64,000 nt of DNA from a virus. The notes beneath the pieces are model-generated. The model was not told the origin of the DNA, ran no database searches, and saw only the letters and a program-made list of their open reading frames with translations. Below are positions 57,759 through 64,000 of the stretch, piece after piece (within the stretch, counting starts at the first letter, position 1; each line of letters begins with the position of its first letter). The position numbers and the translations under genes are program-made. The stretch covers positions 1 through 64,000 of the IMG/VR virus record IMGVR_UViG_3300032053_000040, one strand, 5' to 3'.

Positions 57759-58374
57759 ATATAGTCAGGCTCTCAGGGAATTTAGTGATGATCCCAGGGC
57801 GGTAGGGTACAACGGTCCTCAGTCCCAGGATCTCATGTTCTCAAGGTTCCTTCAGCTTTTCAAGTTTGAACGAGATCAAATCCGTGTTCATGAAGTGGGA
57901 TGCGGATTATGCCATTTCAAGGAATACCTGAAAAACAGGCGAAGAGTTCTCTACTCTGGCAATGATACTCTCAGGGATATGGTCGTCTTCTCCAGACAGA
58001 AGCACCCGGAAACTGCTATTTATCACGGCCGCTTACGGGACAATCTCCAATTTCTTTATACGGATTACGTGGTTGCCATCACGACCTTCAACGAATCACC
58101 AAAAGAGGAGTTGCTGGATGAGCTGCAAGTTATGTACGCGGCCGCTAAAAAGGGGATTGCCTTTGATTGCTTCTCAAGTTACGTCGATTTCATAGATAAG
58201 AAGATTACTTATATAGACCCTGCGGAGATGCTATCTTTTTGTCTCCAAACCCTCTCCAGGCATGTTTTTTTAGATCACAGCCTCCCCAACTACAGATATG
58301 TGGTCTTTGTCTACAAACCTGCTTTTATTGATTCGATATATCCTAATAAATCACAATATTTTGCAAAAAAATAA
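57745..58374 (+). CDS. Class I SAM-dependent methyltransferase
   Basis: HEVGCGLC and AAKKGIAFD...YVD. Confidence 0.8.
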   Translation: MEPAEYSQALREFSDDPRAVGYNGPQSQDLMFSRFLQLFKFERDQIRVHEVGCGLCHFKEYLKNRRRVLYSGNDTLRDMVVFSRQKHPETAIYHGRLRDNLQFLYTDYVVAITTFNESPKEELLDELQVMYAAAKKGIAFDCFSSYVDFIDKKITYIDPAEMLSFCLQTLSRHVFLDHSLPNYRYVVFVYKPAFIDSIYPNKSQYFAKK

Positions 58375-58389
58375 CTGAGCGTGTTATGA

Positions 58390-59043
58390 ATGGAACCAGA
58401 AAAAACACCACCGGGACAAGTTGCTAAGAAGTACACTCTGATAGTTAACGGCGAGGAGATGCTTCTACACGATCCGTCGCCAGAGGTTGTGGAGAGCCTA
58501 CGTGCCTCGGGACATGAAGTCAGGGAAGAGGTAATCGCTAAGAAGCCGAGGTTCTCCAAGATCACCTCGGAGATAAAGGGGAGGCTTCTGGAGTTGCTCG
58601 CTTTGGGGAATACATTTATGCACTCTTGTAACGTGTTGGACGTCTCTCCGTCTTACATAATCGAGTACAGGGCCAAATATCCTGCTTACGATGCCAAAGT
58701 CCGAGCAGCGATGAAGACCCAGCAGGCTGCTATGGCAGATGCTCTGTACACTACTGGAGTCGGCGGTAACGTTACTGCCCAGATATTTTTCCTCGTGAAC
58801 CGCACCAGGTTCTTAAGGAGCAGCGATCCTGACAAGTGGATGAACACCCAGAACATCGAAGTTAGCGGGCCAGGGGAAGGGCCACTTGAGCTAATGTTTC
58901 TCTCGCCTGAAGAACGGGAACGCCGAATATTAGAGCTTTTGGATAAAAAAGCAAAGGATCTGCCCGGGGCTTCTGTGCGACCCAAGTTCCGTGAGCTGGC
59001 AAAAAACAAAAAGAACACGAAAAATGGGGCTAAAAGAGGCTAA
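58390..59043 (+). CDS. terS: Terminase small subunit
   Basis: HTH plus ALY...GNVTAQIFFLVNR...DKW; upstream of TerL. Confidence 0.8.
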   Translation: MEPEKTPPGQVAKKYTLIVNGEEMLLHDPSPEVVESLRASGHEVREEVIAKKPRFSKITSEIKGRLLELLALGNTFMHSCNVLDVSPSYIIEYRAKYPAYDAKVRAAMKTQQAAMADALYTTGVGGNVTAQIFFLVNRTRFLRSSDPDKWMNTQNIEVSGPGEGPLELMFLSPEERERRILELLDKKAKDLPGASVRPKFRELAKNKKNTKNGAKRG

Positions 59044-59063
59044 AAAGAATCGAAAGATGAAAT

Positions 59064-60620
59064 TTGGTTGCGAGTTTGAAACAACCGACCGCGAGTAAAA
59101 CTTCCATGGCCGCTTCAACGTGTAAACAATCCTCTCTGAATAATCCATACACGTTGAGTTTACTCCAGGAAGACGAGAAGTACCAATCCGAAGAGCACCT
59201 TCTAAATTTCACGACTGTTGCCTGGCCCATAATAAACCCGGCCACAACGTTTCTCCCCAACTGGCATATCGAATTGATCTGCGAATATCTGATGGCCGTG
59301 ACTCTCGGCGAGATCAAACGCCTAATAATAAACATCCCGCCAAGGTACGCGAAAAGTACCCTCGTAAGCCAGATGTGGCCGTGCTGGGAGTGGCTCCATA
59401 TCCCATCCCAAAGGTGGGTGTTCGCAAGCTATGCCTCCGACCTGTCGGTCCTGCAAAGCATAAAGCGCAAAGACATCATCCTCTCTGATTGGTACAGGAT
59501 GAACTGGTCTGAAATAGTAAAGCTCCGGGAAGATCATAATAGGAAGGCCGATTTCGTCAGTACAAAGAAAGGAGCTATGTACTCGACCTCAATCGGCGGC
59601 CAGGTAACGGGTATGGGTGGCAACCGGCTGGTTATCGACGACCCCACGAGCCCTCAAGAGGCCGAGTCAGAAGCAATGAGGGAGATGGCGAACACCTGGT
59701 ACTCAAATACGTTCCAATCTCGTCTCGATGACAAACAAACAGGATCTATAGTCCTAATCCAGCAGAGGCTCCACCAGAACGACATGACTGGATACCTCAC
59801 TGGCTTGGACGTCATGGATCTAAACAGTCATGTGCTCGAGGGAGAAGGCTGGACGTTACTAAGGATCCCGCTCATCTCCGAGCAGGACGAGGACATCTAT
59901 TCGCCTATCGGCAACAAGAGGCTCATAGTATCCCGCAAAGAAGGCGATCTGCTCTGGCCCGAACGAGAAGGCATGGAGCAGATCAAGGAGTACCAAAAGT
60001 TTGAGTACATTTTCGCTTCGCAACAGCAGCAACGCCCCTCCCCCAAGAAAGGCGCGATGTTCGAACGAGATTGGGTGCAGCAATACGATCACCTCCCCCC
60101 CGATATAGAAGCCTATATTATGTCAATAGATGCCACCTTCAAGGGCGGTCCCAAGTCGGCTTTTGTGGCAATCCAGGTTTGGGCTTGGAAGAGACCGAAC
60201 ATGTACTTCGATTACCAGGTTAGGGAGAAGATGAGTTTCACCAAAAGTCTCGACGAAATAATCAACGTGCTCGCTCTTTATCCTGGTCTCACTTCAAAAT
60301 TGATAGAAGAAGCCGCAAACGGCGATGCCATAATCGACGTGCTATCGGAGAAGATCGGGGGGATTGTGCCTGTTCGCCCCGTCGTTTCAAAAGAGTCACG
60401 GGCTTCATCCGTTACCCCCCTTTTCAGGTCAGGCAACGTCTACGTTAAGAAAGCTCCCTGGACACACGCCTTCATAAACGAACTGCTGAACTTCCCAGGC
60501 TCAACGTACAAAGACCAGGTAGATGCCATGAGCCAGGCCATATATTACATCCAAGAAGTGTTCGGAGGTCTCGGGAAAGAGAAACGAGCTCTGTTCGCTT
60601 TCGGGAGAGCCATACGATGA
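59064..60620 (+). CDS. terL: Terminase large subunit
   Basis: INIPPRYAKS, IDDP, QQRLHQND, IEEAANG, SKESRA, DQVDAMSQA; start codon uncertain. Confidence 0.95.
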   Translation: MVASLKQPTASKTSMAASTCKQSSLNNPYTLSLLQEDEKYQSEEHLLNFTTVAWPIINPATTFLPNWHIELICEYLMAVTLGEIKRLIINIPPRYAKSTLVSQMWPCWEWLHIPSQRWVFASYASDLSVLQSIKRKDIILSDWYRMNWSEIVKLREDHNRKADFVSTKKGAMYSTSIGGQVTGMGGNRLVIDDPTSPQEAESEAMREMANTWYSNTFQSRLDDKQTGSIVLIQQRLHQNDMTGYLTGLDVMDLNSHVLEGEGWTLLRIPLISEQDEDIYSPIGNKRLIVSRKEGDLLWPEREGMEQIKEYQKFEYIFASQQQQRPSPKKGAMFERDWVQQYDHLPPDIEAYIMSIDATFKGGPKSAFVAIQVWAWKRPNMYFDYQVREKMSFTKSLDEIINVLALYPGLTSKLIEEAANGDAIIDVLSEKIGGIVPVRPVVSKESRASSVTPLFRSGNVYVKKAPWTHAFINELLNFPGSTYKDQVDAMSQAIYYIQEVFGGLGKEKRALFAFGRAIR

Positions 60621-61756
60621 CCCGGGAAACTTTTTTGCCTTATGCACGACAGAAGATTGAGGAAGATGACATCCGGGCCGTGAACGAAGTTCTAAGATCG
60701 GATTTCATAACAACTGGCCCGAAAGTAATAGAATTTGAAGAATTTTTCTCAGATGTAGTCGAAGCGGAATATGCAGTCAGTTTCAGTTCCGGGACAGCAG
60801 CACTCCATGGGGCCATCTACGCTGCAAATATCGCAAAGGACGATGAAGTTGTGACCTCTCCGCTAAGTTTTTGCGCCACCTCAAATTGCGTTCTCTACCA
60901 GGGAGGACGCCCACTCTTTGCAGACGTAAGTTATGATACACTCAATCTTAACCCCAACGAGGTTGCCGATTTAGTCTCTACAAGAACCAAGGCCATCTTA
61001 GCAGTGGATTATGGAGGCCATCCCGCAGATCTGGATAGTTTAGCTCAAATCGCGGAAGATTCCAATCTTCTTCTGATAGAAGACGCATGTCATGCCCTCG
61101 GAGCCAAATATAAGGGAAAACCAATTGGCGGAATTAGTGACATGACAATTTTCTCTTTTCATCCGGTAAAACATATAACAACTGGAGAAGGAGGGATGGT
61201 TACAACCAACGACTGTGATCTTGCAAGACGTCTGACTCTTTTTAGGAACCACGGAATAGGACTTGATTTTAGGCAACGAAACCTGATAAGAACGTGGAAA
61301 TACGAAATGACCGATCTCGGATATAATTACAGGTTGACTGATATCGCATCTGCGCTTGGCATCTCCCAACTACGCAAACTCCCCGAAAATTTAAAACGTC
61401 GTCGGGAGATAGCAGCCATCTATAATAACGCATTTCAAAAAATACCGGGTCTGGTGTTGCCGAAGGAGCGATCGAACTCGATCTCGTCCTGGCACCTCTA
61501 TCCTGTTAGGTTCGATTTCAATATTATAAAATCGTCTCAATCAAGAATCTATTCGGACATGCACGCCGAAAACATAGGCGTTAACGTTCATTATATTCCG
61601 ATTTATGAACATCCATATTATAAAAATCTAGGTTATTATAAAAAATGTTCTGTAGCGGATGCCGCTTATAAATCAATCGTCTCTTTACCGATGTTCCACG
61701 GAATGACAGATTTTGATGCGGCAGATGTGATAGAGACATTAAAAAATGTGATTTAA
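60617..61756 (+). CDS. pseC: DegT/PseC family sugar aminotransferase
   Basis: LPYARQKI, SSGTAALH, EDACHALG, SFHPVKHITTGEGG, GYNYRLTD. Confidence 0.9.
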   Translation: MTRETFLPYARQKIEEDDIRAVNEVLRSDFITTGPKVIEFEEFFSDVVEAEYAVSFSSGTAALHGAIYAANIAKDDEVVTSPLSFCATSNCVLYQGGRPLFADVSYDTLNLNPNEVADLVSTRTKAILAVDYGGHPADLDSLAQIAEDSNLLLIEDACHALGAKYKGKPIGGISDMTIFSFHPVKHITTGEGGMVTTNDCDLARRLTLFRNHGIGLDFRQRNLIRTWKYEMTDLGYNYRLTDIASALGISQLRKLPENLKRRREIAAIYNNAFQKIPGLVLPKERSNSISSWHLYPVRFDFNIIKSSQSRIYSDMHAENIGVNVHYIPIYEHPYYKNLGYYKKCSVADAAYKSIVSLPMFHGMTDFDAADVIETLKNVI

Positions 61757-61774
61757 ATCAGAGAGGTTAAAAAT

Positions 61775-62455
61775 ATGGTAGCAAGAATAGAAATAGAAGA
61801 GATCAAGCCACCAAGGCACGTATCTGATCTCAGGTGCAGTCCCTGCCCAGTCGGAGAAATAATTCGCCCACACGCGCATCACATCAGCGAGCCCTGGCGC
61901 AGTCCATGCCTATCCAAAGAAACGAGGGACCCACACACGCACACGCACCAAGTCAACACGCTTTGGCAGGTTAGTGACGGCAACTTTTATGTTGCTCATC
62001 CCACGCAACCGATAAAGGATCTCCCCGTAAAGCTCGAGGTAGGCGTTAGGCCATCCGGTCTGACTGAGATCCACACGCAGAAGATTATGTTTGCGGCAGG
62101 GATGTTCCCTCACCCCTATCAAGAGAAGCGAAGGATAGTACGATGGTTCAACGTGGCACGACTAAATGAGCTCCCAAGAGACTACCTAAACGGACGCGGG
62201 CCCAGGTATTTCGAAGATGATGGCAATGTAACCCTCAATTGGCCCACTCCAAATAGTTTACTATGGCCAATTAAGACAGTGATTCTTCACGAAGGGATGA
62301 TCCTGTCAGAAGAAACGTACCAAGAAGTTCTCCATTGGATGCGGTGTGCCGGCGCCAGGCTCGGAGCAATACAGAAGAGGGAGAGGCAAAAGCAAGACGA
62401 AAAGCCCAAGGACATCCCAAAACCGCTCGAACCTACCTACGTGGACATAATTTAA
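61775..62455 (+). CDS. Hypothetical protein
   Basis: ORF with RBS. Confidence 0.65.
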   Translation: MVARIEIEEIKPPRHVSDLRCSPCPVGEIIRPHAHHISEPWRSPCLSKETRDPHTHTHQVNTLWQVSDGNFYVAHPTQPIKDLPVKLEVGVRPSGLTEIHTQKIMFAAGMFPHPYQEKRRIVRWFNVARLNELPRDYLNGRGPRYFEDDGNVTLNWPTPNSLLWPIKTVILHEGMILSEETYQEVLHWMRCAGARLGAIQKRERQKQDEKPKDIPKPLEPTYVDII

Positions 62456-62515
62456 GTAGTCCCATCTCACAAAATATGGCATCAGACGCTGAAAAACAAA
62501 TCTTAATGAACCGGA

Positions 62516-64000
62516 GTGGGGGCGATAGAAATTGTAGCAAAAGCAGCATCAAACAAACCAGCTAAGTTAAGGTCATCAAAACGAACTGATTTCCCGCTGA
62601 TCAAATCTTTTTTCTCGAGATCCAAAGGCGGATCGGAGATCCTGGCGATCCAGGAGATCATAGGTAAAGGCATCCGAGAGTTCCTGATCACGGAGATCTC
62701 ACCAGAGAACAGGTTTGCCTTCTATCGGTCGATGGAATCGTTAGACCCAGAGCTACTGATCGCCAGGAACTATATCTCTCTGATGATCCACCGAAATTTT
62801 CTCGGCATGGCACTCGACACAGTGGATCCGTCCTATATGCCTTCACCCGATTTCCTTGCCCGCGTGAACTCAATCCTGGCCGAACTCAAGTTCACTTCGA
62901 AACTGTTCCCTCTGATGAAAGATTTCGTCCGGGGCAATGCGTTCGCTAGGATAATCAGAAGCGACGTAGACAACCATATCAAAGATGTCGAGATCCTGCC
63001 GGCCGATTCAATAACGATAGTCTCCGAGGAGTTCACGACCACAAAGAAGAAGAGTATCCTGATCACCGAGGCGGATTATTACATAATTAACGAGCAGAAG
63101 GACGTTAACAGAGAGAAGTATCCTATCGATCCCAACCGCGTGGAGGGGCCAGAGGTCGAGAATGATGAGATCTTGCCTGAAATAATCCTCTCTCCCGCGA
63201 ACATGATTCATTTTGCCTGGGATGCAGAAGCCAACGCTTGCAAGGACAAGTTAGGCCGAGACACGTATAACATCTGGGGCAAATCGCCTTACGACTCGAT
63301 TGTAGTCTACGTAAAAGCCAAACTGATGATCATGACCGACTACCTACGATGGGTCCGTATGGGGATCCCGAGGTGGACGGCAAGCGTAGACATGTCCCTC
63401 TTGAGCGATCTTAATCAGTATACCGGGACAGACGACGAACGAGTAGTTCTGGCGGAAAGGCAAGGCAAGGAGCTCTTTGACAAGATTGAAGAGAGTTTCT
63501 ACTATCTAGACCAGGACGAAGAGAGCCCGACTTTTGACAAGAAACTACCTGTCGAACCGGATGCTATATTCTTCCATACCAGCGATCTCACATTCGAGCA
63601 GAAGGGCGGCGCCAACTCTCCAGACGTCCAGATCCTCGGTATAACGCAGGAGTGCAATAGGGCGATAGCTTCGGCAATGGGCGTGCCGATGTCGTTGCTA
63701 GGTTATGAGGAAGGCTCCACCTATGCGATTGGTCGTGTTACTTCTCGGTTCACAAGTGGCATAGGCGGAGGGCTCCTAAGATCACTCGAGGACACCCTCA
63801 TCACGTTCCTGAAACGGGAGTTCACTCAACGAGGCTGGGCAACGTCTCCCAAAGACTGGGATAACCTCTACACGGACTACGAGCGCGACGATACTGAAGA
63901 ACTCATGGCCGTCCAGGCGGCTGAGACTGCCAAGGCAACGGCGATCAACTCTATAGCGACGGCTGCCAGGACGTGTTACGAGGGTAGCTTGCTGACCAAA
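62516..64000 (+). CDS. Portal protein (3'-truncated by the window)
   Basis: Frame open from GTG 62516 to the end; NMIHF...WGKSP and IASAMGVPMSLLG; follows TerL. Confidence 0.8.
   Translation, partial: MGAIEIVAKAASNKPAKLRSSKRTDFPLIKSFFSRSKGGSEILAIQEIIGKGIREFLITEISPENRFAFYRSMESLDPELLIARNYISLMIHRNFLGMALDTVDPSYMPSPDFLARVNSILAELKFTSKLFPLMKDFVRGNAFARIIRSDVDNHIKDVEILPADSITIVSEEFTTTKKKSILITEADYYIINEQKDVNREKYPIDPNRVEGPEVENDEILPEIILSPANMIHFAWDAEANACKDKLGRDTYNIWGKSPYDSIVVYVKAKLMIMTDYLRWVRMGIPRWTASVDMSLLSDLNQYTGTDDERVVLAERQGKELFDKIEESFYYLDQDEESPTFDKKLPVEPDAIFFHTSDLTFEQKGGANSPDVQILGITQECNRAIASAMGVPMSLLGYEEGSTYAIGRVTSRFTSGIGGGLLRSLEDTLITFLKREFTQRGWATSPKDWDNLYTDYERDDTEELMAVQAAETAKATAINSIATAARTCYEGSLLTK

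Larger units (their letters stand above)
1..64000 (+). mobile_element. Archaeal tailed virus or provirus genome segment (contractile tail)
   Basis: Sheath, tube, tape measure, baseplate, TerS/TerL, portal and archaeal MCM genes, all co-oriented. No integrase or host housekeeping genes seen. Confidence 0.93.

Noticed and set aside
51971-61756. Complete pseudaminic acid pathway or host chromosomal island
   Set aside because: PseG, PseI, PseF and PseH are not visible, and the genes are interleaved with terminase genes.
1-64000. CRISPR array
   Set aside because: No regularly spaced repeat-spacer series was seen; the repeats found are pairs or coding tandems.

Overview
This window is most of a head-tail (Caudoviricetes, contractile-tail) virus or provirus of an archaeon. 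The MCM helicase, BRE-TATA promoters, intron-containing tRNA and TrmB/RHH regulators indicate an archaeal host; a Methanothrix/Methanosarcinales-like methanogen is inferred, not proven. Essentially all credible genes lie on the + strand. Layout: neck, tail and baseplate module with a solo tnpB (1-19.9 kb); membrane proteins and regulators (19.9-23.2 kb); a ~1 kb non-coding candidate origin; a replication/regulation block with ParB-MTase, Hfq-like, DUF5131, MCM, resolvase and tRNA-Thr (24-42.7 kb); a block of small genes behind two near-identical 103-bp promoters, one split by an ORF-less IS200/IS605 element (43-52 kb); then an amino-sugar synthesis and glycosyltransferase cluster interleaved with ParB, TerS and TerL, followed by the portal gene running off the end. 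Three candidate novelties stand out: (1) a packaging-linked modification system using an unusual amino sugar; (2) a family of intergenic terminal-stem RNAs in a virus that encodes its own Hfq-like protein; (3) an omega-RNA-only element inserted in, and restoring, a viral TATA box. All assignments come from motif reading by eye; no database searches were run.
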